DNA from: Calditrichaceae bacterium
GTDB taxonomy: Bacteria > Calditrichota > Calditrichia > Calditrichales > JBFXGD01
Assembly (NCBI GenBank): GCA_050173015.1
Contig: JBFXLE010000013.1
Coordinates: forward strand, 1 to 64,000
DNA: 64,000 nucleotides
Reading direction: 5' to 3'
The position numbers were made by a program, and so were the translations under genes. The first letter of the stretch is position 1. Each line of letters starts with the position of its first letter. The notes under the pieces are model-generated. The model did not search any database. It saw only the letters and a program-made list of their open reading frames with translations, and had not been told where the DNA came from. Shown one piece after another: positions 1 through 10,202 of the stretch.

Positions 1-30
1 CTTTGGACTATTTAACATTGAGGTGTTCAT
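1..30 (-). CDS. 5' end of a gene running off the window (MNTSMLNSPK...)
   Basis: CAT at 28-30 (ATG on minus strand) preceded by a GGAG-type RBS (reverse complement of gtctcct at 35-41); frame open to the window edge. Confidence 0.5.
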   Translation of the reverse strand, partial: MNTSMLNSPK

Positions 31-161
31 AAGGGTCTCCTTTCTTTTTTGAGATGTCATATTACAAATGTATTTCATACATTTCTACACCATTAAAGAT
101 TGTGAGACCTTTTTCTCAATTTACCGAAATTATTGTAGAAAATAGACCCCACAAAATCCCT

Positions 162-178
162 CGACCCCGTCGGGGTCG
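162..178. repeat. REP-like perfect palindrome CGACCCC-GTC-GGGGTCG
   Basis: 7-bp GC-rich stem with 3-nt loop in intergenic DNA. Confidence 0.55.
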
Positions 179-374
179 TACAAATACACCGGGAATCCCT
201 GTTCTAAGGGTCAGGATAATCTGGTTGTTAATCACAAAGCAGTATTTGGATTCTTCGGGGCGAATTTTCTGTTCGAGTGAATGAAATAGAAAAACAAAAA
301 AATTTATACGAGTTAAAATTCGCCAGGGCTTTTTGCTACTTTTTGGCCATTCAAAAAGTAGGGAGAAGAAGATA

Positions 375-430
375 AGTAAGAAGTAGGAAGTGGGAAGTAG
401 GAAGTGGGAAGTAATAAGTAGGAAGTAGGA
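375..430 (+). repeat. Tandem heptamer tract, 8 x AGT(A/G)(G/A)(G/T)A
   Basis: agtaaga agtagga agtggga agtagga agtggga agtaata agtagga agtagga; further copies at 668-681 and an A(T/C)AAAAG tract at 767-794. Confidence 0.85.
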
Positions 431-511
431 ACGTTAAGAGTTAAGAGTGTAAGAGTAGGGGCGTCCGAGTGACATACAGGTCTTATTTGAGTCGTCCGAT
501 ACAATCGCAAA

Positions 512-649
512 CTGTCACCCCGCAGGGATCTTCTGCTTGTTAGGGAATGGCATCCGGGCAGAGAATAGGATTCCTCCTGAATGACATGTTGACGCGTTGT
601 AGGAATCAGTAGTTTTCCGTGTCTGTCATCCCGGTGGGATCTTCTGCTT
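512..649 (+). repeat. Two copies of a 27-bp REP-like element (512-538 and 623-649)
   Basis: ctgtcaccccgcagggatcttctgctt vs ctgtcatcccggtgggatcttctgctt (24/27 identical); a partner arm ggattcctcctgaatgaca lies at 568-586. Confidence 0.7.
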
Positions 650-947
650 ACTCGGGAAGAGACGGAAAGTAAGAAGTAGGAAGGATAAGAAAAAAGATCA
701 AAAAATAAAGATTAGAAAAATCATCATGAATGAAAAGCATGCTGTGACTGAAGTAAGAGCGTTAAGATAAAAGACAAAAGATAAAAGAAAAAGGAGTAGA
801 GGTTCAGCACACATAGCCGCCCGGGCATTACGCGTCAAGCGGATCATTGGAAAAAAGAAATACTCTTAGAGAATTGAAAAATTTTGAATATGCGCAAATA
901 TGAACACCTAAATATTTATCGCATTCCACATTTTCTATTTGATTTGT

Positions 948-2207
948 TTAGTACCTCAGCCACTTTATAATCTCCGGTAATGTAGGTCTCTTTCCGTACA
1001 TCAATATTCCCACCCTGTAAATTTTTGAAACTAACCAGATGAGAAATATAATTGTGATGATCAGAATAACGATGGAACCACCTATTTCAACAAAAGACGG
1101 CGCTGATATATTAATTCTGGCAAACATGATGATTGGTGAGAAAAAAGGAATTAATGATAAAATAACTGAGATGTTACTGTCCGGATTTTTTACTAAAAAC
1201 CCGAGTAACATCATAGGAATTATCAGCATAAATACGATGGGAAAAGATAATTGCTGTGCTTCCTGATCGGTATTGGTAATAGCCCCTACGGCCGCGTAAA
1301 GAGTTGAAAAAACGAAATATCCCAGAATGTAGAAGAGTACAAAATAAACAAAAAGCATCGGCGAAAAGTTAAAGTAATCCGATGAAATGGGAATAACTCT
1401 GCCGCCAAACAAAACCATACCTATCCCAAAAAGCGCCCAGATTAAATATTGTGTTAAACCCACGGATCCTTGCCCAAGAATTTTACCGGCCATCATCTGA
1501 AACGGGTTGGCGGATGACAGCAAAACCTCTATGATTCGGGAAGTTTTTTCCTGGACAATGCTTCTCATAATAGCTGTGCCATATAATATTAGCGTAACGT
1601 AAAGAATTAAAATGAAAATAAATGTGCTAAAATATTCTTCTCCAAAACCACGTTCGTTCTCTTCACCGCCCTTGGTGATTTTATATGTTTTTAAATTAAC
1701 CGATTTTGTGAGAGTGTTGATAAACTCCGGATCCAGTTGTGAGTCTTCCAGTCTTTTATTTACAATAATATCGGTCACGGTATTTTCAATACGGCGGTTC
1801 AGATCAAAATTAGCGACGTTTTTTGTATAAAAAGACAACTCACTGGTTTCAGAGATATCTTCCGGAATGAAAAGAAATCCGTCAATGACACCCGTCTCTA
1901 CCAATGTTTTTTCATTAGAAATTAAAAATTCCGGATTTGAACCATTACTTTTTAAATTCAGGAAGAACTTTTTTGAGCCATTGCTGAGCGTGTCGGATAA
2001 AGCTTCATTAAGGCGATCATAGACAAAACCAGGTTGGTCGACTACATTCAGGACCACAGGTTCCTCCGTTTCCAGCCCGATGAGTAGTGACGGTATAACA
2101 CCAAGTGCAATCATGATCAAAGGAGTTAATAAGGTTATAAAAATAAAACTTTTCTTGAATACGGACTCCATATATTCTCTCTTAACTAAAATCCATAATT
2201 TTTTCAT
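948..2207 (-). CDS. ABC-2 type transporter permease (NatB/YhaP-like)
   Basis: N-terminal TM helix, large periplasmic loop, EKTSRIIEVLLSS motif, multiple C-terminal TM helices; overlaps the ATPase stop codon. Confidence 0.9.
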   Translation of the reverse strand: MKKLWILVKREYMESVFKKSFIFITLLTPLIMIALGVIPSLLIGLETEEPVVLNVVDQPGFVYDRLNEALSDTLSNGSKKFFLNLKSNGSNPEFLISNEKTLVETGVIDGFLFIPEDISETSELSFYTKNVANFDLNRRIENTVTDIIVNKRLEDSQLDPEFINTLTKSVNLKTYKITKGGEENERGFGEEYFSTFIFILILYVTLILYGTAIMRSIVQEKTSRIIEVLLSSANPFQMMAGKILGQGSVGLTQYLIWALFGIGMVLFGGRVIPISSDYFNFSPMLFVYFVLFYILGYFVFSTLYAAVGAITNTDQEAQQLSFPIVFMLIIPMMLLGFLVKNPDSNISVILSLIPFFSPIIMFARINISAPSFVEIGGSIVILIITIIFLIWLVSKIYRVGILMYGKRPTLPEIIKWLRY

Positions 2208-3109
2208 GCCTTGACCCCTCCGTGAGAAACTGAAATAAATATTTCGTTTAAGCTGGATCTCTGAGACTGAATGCCCGTGACTTCTATTTTATCGGTAACA
2301 TTCTTTAGCAGATCATTGGGGGTATGTTTATCATTCAGAACTACCTCAACATAATTGCCAAAATCGTTAAATTTGCTTACAAAAGGAAGATCTTTAATAA
2401 AACGGGCATCGCCTTCATACTCAAGGTGAACGGAATTTTTTCCATAATTTTTTTGAATCTCCCTTAAATTTCCGTCAAGGACTTTCTGCCCTTTATTAAT
2501 CAGCAGAATCTCATCACATATCTTTTCGGCGGCATCCATCATATGCGTAGAAAGCATGATAGCTTTTCCCTGCTGTTTTAGTTCAAGCATTATATCCTTA
2601 ACAAGAATTACATTTACCGGGTCAAGTCCTGAAAAAGGTTCATCAAAAATGATTAATTCCGGTTCATGAATTATAGAACCGGCAATTTGTAGTTTTTGCT
2701 GCATACCCTTCGACAATTCCTGAACAGGATTGTTTTTATATGAGGACAATTCAAACCGATCAAGCCAAAAGTCAGATTTTCCGGCCGCATCTTCTCCGGA
2801 AAGGCCATGAAGTTCAGCAAGAAAAATGAGCATCTGACGGACCTTCATTTTGGGATAAAGACCACGTTCTTCGGGAAGATATCCAATTCTGCTCTTAAGC
2901 CGGTCTGACATCCGCTCGCCAAATAATTGTATCGATCCGCTGTCCGGTATAAGAATATTCATTACCATACGAAGAGTCGTTGTTTTCCCCGCGCCATTCG
3001 GACCTAATATGCCATAAATATGACCGGGATCCAGCGTAAAAGAGACATCATCGACCGCGTTATAATCACCATAGGATTTATAAATGTTATTTACTTTAAG
3101 TACGGCCAT
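2204..3109 (-). CDS. ABC transporter ATP-binding protein (NatA/YhaQ-like)
   Basis: Walker A GPNGAGKTT, signature LSKGMQQ, Walker B IIFDEP; start placed at 3109 (MAVLKV) after an AGGAG RBS. Confidence 0.92.
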   Translation of the reverse strand: MAVLKVNNIYKSYGDYNAVDDVSFTLDPGHIYGILGPNGAGKTTTLRMVMNILIPDSGSIQLFGERMSDRLKSRIGYLPEERGLYPKMKVRQMLIFLAELHGLSGEDAAGKSDFWLDRFELSSYKNNPVQELSKGMQQKLQIAGSIIHEPELIIFDEPFSGLDPVNVILVKDIMLELKQQGKAIMLSTHMMDAAEKICDEILLINKGQKVLDGNLREIQKNYGKNSVHLEYEGDARFIKDLPFVSKFNDFGNYVEVVLNDKHTPNDLLKNVTDKIEVTGIQSQRSSLNEIFISVSHGGVKA

Positions 3110-3378
3110 AGACTCTCCTGATTTAGAATGATAAGATCGTTGCTCATTATACACTAAAATTGAACCGGCTATATTAATAAATATATAATAATTTTAGAAA
3201 TAGGATACCGGATCGCAAGGTTTTATAGATAAATATTGAAGATTTTATATTTGTAATTGTCTATAATGAATAATATACATACAGTTTTATGTTGAATAAA
3301 CACCTTATTTTTTTTAATTTTACGTTTGATTAATATATCATCATTTGAATATGCTTTTCTAAGGATACCGTCTTTAAG

Positions 3379-4932
3379 ATGATTCGACGAAAATTTTTAA
3401 GCGCAGTTTTTGCTTTATCCGGAAGCCTTTTTCTTCTTCCGGGAAAAATATTCAGCGCGGCTGGCAGGCCTGCACAGTTTGATGATACGCCGGGGAAGAA
3501 AAAATTAATAATAAATATTGCCGCCAAAGGTATTACCGCGAAAGAGATTAAGGTGTTGTATAAATGGAAAGAACCTTATATCTCTCTCCCTGAATTCGTC
3601 GCGAGCTGTGATTATGGTATATATACGAATCCGGCTAAAAGAAAATCCGTAGTTTATATCGGAAATGACAAAGCTACTTTTACAGCCGATAACGCTTTCA
3701 TTATACTGAATGAACAAATTTATCAGTATTTATATGAATCAATCTGGAAAGATGCCGAGTTGTGGATACCGGTTCAGGCATTATCCGATCTTTTCAGTAA
3801 GTACACATCACAATATATGGAGTTCGACAAGGAAAATCTGCGACTAAATATCGGGATGAAAGCCGTAAATATTTCAAACATAAAAATTTCAGTAAAGGAA
3901 AACGGCACCTTAATCCGCATTATGCTACAAAAGAGATTCGCGGAAAAAGATATCACCCTGGATATCAGGAACGGCTGGTTACACGCGGATTTCCTGGGTG
4001 GTAAAGTTGATACCGAGATGTTGAGCAGGCAAAAAACCGCTGGCATCGTCTCCAAAATTCAGGCTATACAATTCGAACAGTTGGCTTCGGTCGCGTTTAA
4101 ATTAAAGACGGAGATATTATCGAAGGAACTTATATTTGATCAGGATTCTGATGATGTCTGGATAAATATCAGGACCAAAGAGAATATCTCACATGAAAAG
4201 ACTGAAGATTTGGAACGGCAGAAGAATAACTGGCTCATTGATACGATCATTATAGACGCGGGGCACGGAGGTAAAGATCCCGGCGCTGTTGGATATGGCA
4301 AATTGAAAGAGAAGGAAATCAATCTGGCGGTTGCCCTAAAATTGGGTGAACTAATCTCTAAAAAAAATCCGTCCATTAAAATTGTTTACACAAGAAAAAC
4401 TGACGTATTCATTCCTCTCTGGCAACGAACAAAGATTGCCAACGAAAACAAAGGAAAACTATTTATCAGCCTTCATTGTAACAGCAGCAAGAGTCAAAAA
4501 GCGGTCGGTTTTGAAACATATTTTTTAAGCGCTGACAAAAATGAAAAGGCAAAAGATGTGGTATTAAAAGAAAATGCTTCCATTGAGTTTGAGGAATCAC
4601 ATGACCGGCAGCGTTATGAAGGTGTAAATTTTATATTGGCGACGATGGCTCAGAGCGCTTTCATCAGGCAAAGCCAATACTTGTCTTCTCTTGTACAGAC
4701 TTCACTAAACCGGAAATTAAATCCGTTGGGAATGGTTGACCGGGGGGTCAAACAAGGCCCGTTCTGGGTGATGGTTGGGGCGACGATGCCCAATATCCTG
4801 ATAGAAATGGGGTATATCTCAAATAAATATGAATCCAAATTGCTAAAAAATAAATCAACACAGTTAAAACTCGCTGAAGCGATCTACGATGGTATCGAGA
4901 AATACAAAAATGATGTGGAAAGTTCTATATAA
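3379..4932 (+). CDS. amiC: N-acetylmuramoyl-L-alanine amidase (Amidase_3), probably Tat-exported
   Basis: IIIDAGHGGKDPGA, EKEINL, FISLHCNS and ILIEMGYISN motifs; N-terminal RRKFL twin-arginine-like signal. Confidence 0.88.
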   Translation: MIRRKFLSAVFALSGSLFLLPGKIFSAAGRPAQFDDTPGKKKLIINIAAKGITAKEIKVLYKWKEPYISLPEFVASCDYGIYTNPAKRKSVVYIGNDKATFTADNAFIILNEQIYQYLYESIWKDAELWIPVQALSDLFSKYTSQYMEFDKENLRLNIGMKAVNISNIKISVKENGTLIRIMLQKRFAEKDITLDIRNGWLHADFLGGKVDTEMLSRQKTAGIVSKIQAIQFEQLASVAFKLKTEILSKELIFDQDSDDVWINIRTKENISHEKTEDLERQKNNWLIDTIIIDAGHGGKDPGAVGYGKLKEKEINLAVALKLGELISKKNPSIKIVYTRKTDVFIPLWQRTKIANENKGKLFISLHCNSSKSQKAVGFETYFLSADKNEKAKDVVLKENASIEFEESHDRQRYEGVNFILATMAQSAFIRQSQYLSSLVQTSLNRKLNPLGMVDRGVKQGPFWVMVGATMPNILIEMGYISNKYESKLLKNKSTQLKLAEAIYDGIEKYKNDVESSI

Positions 4933-5783
4933 TGAGAAATCCTATAGGAATATTTGACTCGGGAATCGGCGGTTTAACGGTTGTAAAAGAGCTGATAAAA
5001 CTTCTGCCGGATGAACACCTTATTTATTTCGGAGACACGGCAAGAATTCCATACGGTACAAAATCCAAAAGACTGATCGAGCAATACGCGATGGAAGATG
5101 CGAGTTTTTTGCTTCAGTTTGATATAAAATTATTGGTTGTGGCATGCAATACGGCGTCTTCTCTCGCTTTACCGGTACTACAGGATAAACTGAAAATTCC
5201 GGTTGTAGGAGTTGTTAAACCCGGCGCCGGGGCCGCGGTAAAATTGTCTAAAAACAAGAGAATTGGAGTGATTGGAACCTCCGCCACCATAAACAGTTCT
5301 TCCTACAGCAAAGAAATTAGTCTAATCTTAAAAGACGCGCAGGTATTCGGTCAGCCTTGCCCGCTTCTTGTCCAACTGGTGGAAGAAGGATGGCTGGATG
5401 ATGAAATAACCATGTTGACATTAAAAAAATATCTGGAGCCGGTTTTAACGGAAAAAATTGATACGCTTATTTTAGGTTGTACGCATTACCCTTTATTGGA
5501 AACCGCGATACGCCGGGTAGCCGGCCCGGGAGTAAATTTGATTGATTCTGGACGTGAAACGGCAAAGACAGTAAAAAAATTACTAATTGATTTAAATTTA
5601 CTGAACGGATCCGGCCGGTTTGGTGAAAACAGATATTATGTAAGTGATATTCCGGCGAAATTTGAAGAAATTGGTTCACGTTTTCTTGGTCAGCCCTTAA
5701 AAAATGTTGAACGGGTTGAATTTGAAAAATTCCTGATTCAGTCAGGGATGAATATGGCTCATACAAAAGTGTACGGGACATAA
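4932..5783 (+). CDS. murI: Glutamate racemase
   Basis: IGIFDSGIGGLTV, PYGTKS, ACNTAS and LGCTHYP catalytic Cys motifs. Confidence 0.97.
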   Translation: MRNPIGIFDSGIGGLTVVKELIKLLPDEHLIYFGDTARIPYGTKSKRLIEQYAMEDASFLLQFDIKLLVVACNTASSLALPVLQDKLKIPVVGVVKPGAGAAVKLSKNKRIGVIGTSATINSSSYSKEISLILKDAQVFGQPCPLLVQLVEEGWLDDEITMLTLKKYLEPVLTEKIDTLILGCTHYPLLETAIRRVAGPGVNLIDSGRETAKTVKKLLIDLNLLNGSGRFGENRYYVSDIPAKFEEIGSRFLGQPLKNVERVEFEKFLIQSGMNMAHTKVYGT

Positions 5784-5806
5784 TTTTTATGTATTGAAAG
5801 GTTTGT

Positions 5807-6763
5807 GTGATGAGAACAGTCTGCAGATTGTTTTTTTTAATTATTCTGGGAAGTTTTCAGGTCTTTGCCGGTAATTCTCTAACAAGCGGGTTTGAGTTTT
5901 TAAAAACCGATTTCAGTCCCAGAACGGCGGCGCTTGGCAATGCGTTCACTGCGGTAAAAGGAGATATAAACGGTGTCTTTATAAATCCCGCCGGGTTGGC
6001 TTCCGTTGAAAACAGACAATACTGTTTCAATTATACAAATTATTTATTGGATATCTCCGGCGGATCAGCGGGTTATGTTCATCCGACCAAGGATTATGGC
6101 GTGCTTGGTATTAGCCTTATTTATATGGATTATGGCGAATTTGATGAAACAGATGAATTTGCAGTAAAAACGGGCGACAGTTTTGGAGCGAATGAACTCG
6201 CGCTGGCGTTCAGCATATCGAATTATCTTGACCGGCAGTTCAGTTATGGTGTCAATTTAAAATATGTATATTCAAAAATTGAAGATTATGACGCCTCGGC
6301 AGTTGCTCTGGATTTTAGCATTATGTATCAGGCATCATTTCAGGATGACCTGTATTTTGCGGTGTCACTGCTGAATGTTGGTCATAATTTTGAATATTAT
6401 GCGGGGAGAAAGGAATCGATGCCGACGAGTTTGCGCATCGGATTTACAAAAAAACTGGCTCACCTGCCGCTTGTGCTGGGGGGAAGCCTGAATGATATCA
6501 ATACGGAAGCGGATACAATCACAGACAGGTTAAAAAGATTTTCAATCGGAGGGGAATTTCAGCTGAGTCAAATGCTCGATCTCAGATTGGGTTACAATAA
6601 TGATCTCAGAAACAGCCTTGAAACCACATCTGAAACCGGATTTGACGGCATATCCGGCGGATTGGGGATCACCTGGCAACAATTCAGGTTTGATTATTCA
6701 TATTCGAGTTACGGGCTTCTTGGAAGCACTCATCGTGTAGGCATTACCGGCGCGATTAAATAA
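5807..6763 (+). CDS. PorV/PorQ-family outer-membrane beta-barrel protein
   Basis: Signal peptide, FLK...PRTAALG and NPAGLA N-terminal motifs, C-terminal FDYSY...GLLGSTHRVGI. Confidence 0.8.
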   Translation: MMRTVCRLFFLIILGSFQVFAGNSLTSGFEFLKTDFSPRTAALGNAFTAVKGDINGVFINPAGLASVENRQYCFNYTNYLLDISGGSAGYVHPTKDYGVLGISLIYMDYGEFDETDEFAVKTGDSFGANELALAFSISNYLDRQFSYGVNLKYVYSKIEDYDASAVALDFSIMYQASFQDDLYFAVSLLNVGHNFEYYAGRKESMPTSLRIGFTKKLAHLPLVLGGSLNDINTEADTITDRLKRFSIGGEFQLSQMLDLRLGYNNDLRNSLETTSETGFDGISGGLGITWQQFRFDYSYSSYGLLGSTHRVGITGAIK

Positions 6764-6794
6764 TTATTAATGAAAATGGATCGAGTTATCAGTT

Positions 6795-7796
6795 ATGTTT
6801 ATAGATTATGTTAGAATTCACGTGAAAGCGGGACAGGGTGGAAGCGGGTGTATGAGTTTTCACCGGGAAAAGTTTGTAGATAAAGGCGGGCCTGACGGTG
6901 GCGACGGAGGAAAAGGCGGCAGTATCATTCTGAAGGCCAACAAACAGTTAAGAACTCTGAGGGATTATAAATATCGCAGTGAATACCGGGTCAGACACGG
7001 CCAGCATGGAATGGGTTCCAACCGGCATGGCCGCAAGACGGATGATGTGCTTTTGGAAGTACCGGTCGGAACAATTGTTAAAGACGAAGTTTCCGGCGAA
7101 CTATTGGCCGATCTTATTGAAGACGGGCAGACCTTTGTAGCGGCAAAAGGAGGAAGAGGCGGTAAGGGCAACGCCCGTTTCGCGACACCTACTCACAGAA
7201 GCCCGAGAGAGTGGGAAGTTGGAGAAGCCGGTGAAGAGCGCTGGCTTGCTCTTGAGTTAAAGCTGATTGCCGATATTGGTTTTGTCGGATTACCGAATGC
7301 CGGGAAAAGTACTTTGCTGTCAAGAATATCTGCGGCAAAACCCAAAATTGCTGATTATCCGTTTACTACTCTCGAACCCAATTTAGGGATCGTTAATCAC
7401 CGGGATTACCAGAATTTTGTGGTAGCCGATATTCCGGGACTCATTGAAGGAGCGCATGAGGGGAAAGGACTGGGACATCAATTTTTAAGACATATTGAGA
7501 GAACACGAATTCTGGCCTATATCATAGATTGTACGGATGAAGATCCGGGTACAACATATAAGATTTTGCGTAATGAGTTAAAATCTCACAGCAAACTATT
7601 AGTAAAAAAGCCATCGGTCATTATTTTAACAAAATTGGATATCTATCAGGGGGATAAAAAAGACCTGAAATTCAAGACAAAATTACCGGTCATAAAAATT
7701 TCTGCTGTTAGCGGAGAAAATTTATCAGGTCTAAAAGATTCGCTTTTTGAATTAATTCAGCACACCGAAAAATTGGAAGAAGAAATTATTTCTTAA
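6795..7796 (+). CDS. obgE: GTPase ObgE
   Basis: Gly-rich Obg domain (GGPDGGDGGKGG), GLPNAGKST, DYPFTT, DIPGLIEGA. Confidence 0.98.
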   Translation: MFIDYVRIHVKAGQGGSGCMSFHREKFVDKGGPDGGDGGKGGSIILKANKQLRTLRDYKYRSEYRVRHGQHGMGSNRHGRKTDDVLLEVPVGTIVKDEVSGELLADLIEDGQTFVAAKGGRGGKGNARFATPTHRSPREWEVGEAGEERWLALELKLIADIGFVGLPNAGKSTLLSRISAAKPKIADYPFTTLEPNLGIVNHRDYQNFVVADIPGLIEGAHEGKGLGHQFLRHIERTRILAYIIDCTDEDPGTTYKILRNELKSHSKLLVKKPSVIILTKLDIYQGDKKDLKFKTKLPVIKISAVSGENLSGLKDSLFELIQHTEKLEEEIIS

Positions 7797-7797
7797 A

Positions 7798-8895
7798 ATG
7801 CACAAAACATTTTCTCTTGAAGCATTGATGGCCTTGTATTCGATTCCCTCAATCGGTCCGGCCAAAATGCGAAAATTGATTTCTATTTTTGATTCGCCGC
7901 AGGCGGTACTGGATGCAAGCGCCCGTCAATTGATGAATGTGGAAGGCATCGATCACAAAACCGCCGAGAAAATTAAAAGCGGACCGGATGAAAAATTTGT
8001 TCGTGAGCAGATGGAGCTTATAAAATCTCACGAAGTTAAAATTTTGACATACTGGGATAAACAATATCCAGAAAGACTTAAAAAAATTTATGATCCCCCC
8101 GCGTTTTTATTTGTCAAAGGAAATATAGATTGTCTCAACAACGCGGGAATCGGGGTTGTGGGATCGCGTGTACCCAGCACTTACGGTAAAATAATTACTG
8201 AACAGTTTACCCGTGAACTCGTGCAGAACGATTTTACAATCATTAGCGGATTTGCCCGGGGTGTCGATACCATCGCGCATAAAACCACGGTAAAAAACAA
8301 TGGAGTTACAATCGCTGTGCTTGGAAACGGGGTTGATTTGGTATATCCCTCGGAGAATGTACAGCTCCGTTCAGAAATTTTAAGCAAGGGCGCGGTTATA
8401 AGTGAGTATCCGATGAAAACGAATCCTGATTCCACAAATTTTCCAAAAAGAAACCGGATCATCAGCGGATTGAGCTATGGAGTATTAATCACAGAAGCAG
8501 GGGCTAAAAGCGGAGCGCTTATTACCGCATTTTACGCTCTTGATCAGAATCGTGAAGTTTTTTCTGTTCCCGGTCCCGTAAATTCAGGGAAAAGCGCCGG
8601 TACAAATCGACTAATAAAAGAGGGCGCCAAACTTGTGCAGGGCGTTCAGGATATACTTGTTGAACTTCCCGGGCAGATAAACCTGACAGGCAAAATAAAA
8701 GCTTCGGTTCCTCCACCGGATCTGAACGGATCATCTAAAGTTGTATATGATTTATTGAGCAGCGAACCACTGCATATTGATCAAATCGCGATTAAGGCTG
8801 ATCTTACAACCGCGGAAACTTTGGGAGTTCTGCTCAGCCTTGAGCTGATGAATCTGATCCGGCAAATGGCGGGCAAAATGTTTGTTAGATTATAA
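7798..8895 (+). CDS. dprA: DNA-processing protein DprA
   Basis: HhH N-terminus, VVGSR, ISGFARGVD, FPKRNRIISGLS, SGALITA, C-terminal winged helix. Confidence 0.96.
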   Translation: MHKTFSLEALMALYSIPSIGPAKMRKLISIFDSPQAVLDASARQLMNVEGIDHKTAEKIKSGPDEKFVREQMELIKSHEVKILTYWDKQYPERLKKIYDPPAFLFVKGNIDCLNNAGIGVVGSRVPSTYGKIITEQFTRELVQNDFTIISGFARGVDTIAHKTTVKNNGVTIAVLGNGVDLVYPSENVQLRSEILSKGAVISEYPMKTNPDSTNFPKRNRIISGLSYGVLITEAGAKSGALITAFYALDQNREVFSVPGPVNSGKSAGTNRLIKEGAKLVQGVQDILVELPGQINLTGKIKASVPPPDLNGSSKVVYDLLSSEPLHIDQIAIKADLTTAETLGVLLSLELMNLIRQMAGKMFVRL

Positions 8896-8900
8896 TGATG

Positions 8901-8933
8901 AAAAAAAATGGCAGGTGTAAATTCCTGCCATTT
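8901..8933 (-). terminator. Intrinsic terminator between convergent genes
   Basis: Stem aaatggcagg/cctgccattt; the A8 tract gives a U-tail on the minus strand. Confidence 0.7.
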
Positions 8934-8967
8934 CTATCCTGTATTAGAATAATACTCAAAATATAGA

Positions 8968-10131
8968 TTAACGCTTGAAGAAATCGTTGACTACCGTTTC
9001 AAGCTCTTTCTCTTTTAATCCCGATAGTTCACCAATATAAAGATGTCCGTCAGCCGGAAATTTATCTTCATCTTTGGTCGCGATCACTACTTTTTTGATA
9101 AATTCCTGCACCCGCTTTATGTCGGTATGATAAAAACTTACCGCGCTTTCACCGATTTTTAAATCTTTGATCTCTAAATCAAGCTGTGATGATTCCAGTT
9201 TACAAATCCAGTTTTTATCATATGTGGTAGTATCAAGTCTGTCAAGATCATCAAGCAGCGCTTTGTTAATCTTTTCCACTTTCCCGGATACAGGAGCATT
9301 GAACGGGATGGAATGTGTACCCTGCCGGATACTGAAAAGATTTTGTCCTTTTTTGATTTCCATGCCCAGATTGGGAAGTTCAATGGAATCAATCTTGCCG
9401 ATCAATTTTTTTGCAAAATCATCAATGCCCACATTCACTTTTCCGTCCTGGTCTATTCCCGCCCAGCAGTGGCCTTCTGATATGAAAACACCACCGGGGA
9501 TGGAGAATTCCACAGATGCCGGAATCTGAGTGTCTGTAAGATGAGTTATGTTGACCTGCGGAACCAGCTGACGATGGATACGCTCCTGTCTTTTGAACAG
9601 TGATTTTTTGATCATCGCGAGTAATTCATCTTCAGTAAAGGGTTTCTGAACATAATCCAATGCGCCGAATTTCATGGTCTCAACGGCCGTTTCCACGGAC
9701 GCGTAGCCGGTAATAATGATCACATCAATATCAGGCCGCAAATGTTTTACGCTTTTGCATACATCTACACCGTCCATTTCGGGCATTTTAAGATCGACAA
9801 ATACAAAATCGTAATGGTGTTTTTGTATTAATCCTAATGCCTCTTGTCCCGATTGAACCGTATCGACACAATATCCGTCAAGGACTAGAATTTTTCTGAA
9901 GCTGTCAAGAATTACCGCCTCATCATCGACGGCAAGAATTTTAGCTTTAGGATTATCAACTTCAACGCGTTTAAGGCTTTTAGCCTCATGAGTGAAATCA
10001 AGATTCAGGCTTACTTTTAGCGCTTCCTCGCGTTCACTTAAAATTCTTTTTGTGTTCACTTTTTTGATGATCATGCGAATGACGATATCTGCAATCACAA
10101 AAAGAATGACTGCTAATACTAAAAATAGCAT
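8968..10131 (-). CDS. Membrane-anchored response regulator: TM-REC-GcvH-like domain (no lipoyl Lys)
   Basis: Hydrophobic aa 1-22; REC motifs VDDE, D113 (FVDLKMP), TGY, KPF; C-terminal HCWAG..VGIDDFA..IELP..APVSGKV..IN..NWI resembles glycine cleavage H protein. Confidence 0.85.
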   Translation of the reverse strand: MLFLVLAVILFVIADIVIRMIIKKVNTKRILSEREEALKVSLNLDFTHEAKSLKRVEVDNPKAKILAVDDEAVILDSFRKILVLDGYCVDTVQSGQEALGLIQKHHYDFVFVDLKMPEMDGVDVCKSVKHLRPDIDVIIITGYASVETAVETMKFGALDYVQKPFTEDELLAMIKKSLFKRQERIHRQLVPQVNITHLTDTQIPASVEFSIPGGVFISEGHCWAGIDQDGKVNVGIDDFAKKLIGKIDSIELPNLGMEIKKGQNLFSIRQGTHSIPFNAPVSGKVEKINKALLDDLDRLDTTTYDKNWICKLESSQLDLEIKDLKIGESAVSFYHTDIKRVQEFIKKVVIATKDEDKFPADGHLYIGELSGLKEKELETVVNDFFKR

Positions 10132-10202
10132 TTTGTGGCTCCTTGGATAAGATTACATTTATAATCACATTCTAAGTTTTATTAATTTTTATTGTTCTCC
10201 TG

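Noticed and set aside
54-510. Short ORFs 54..284 (+) and 313..510 (-, PTSY repeats)
   Set aside because: No RBS or recognisable domain; the PTSY repeats are just the translation of the heptamer tract
512-649. 27-bp direct repeats as a possible mini-CRISPR
   Set aside because: Only two imperfect copies with an 84-bp spacer and no cas genes; they fit REP-like elements better
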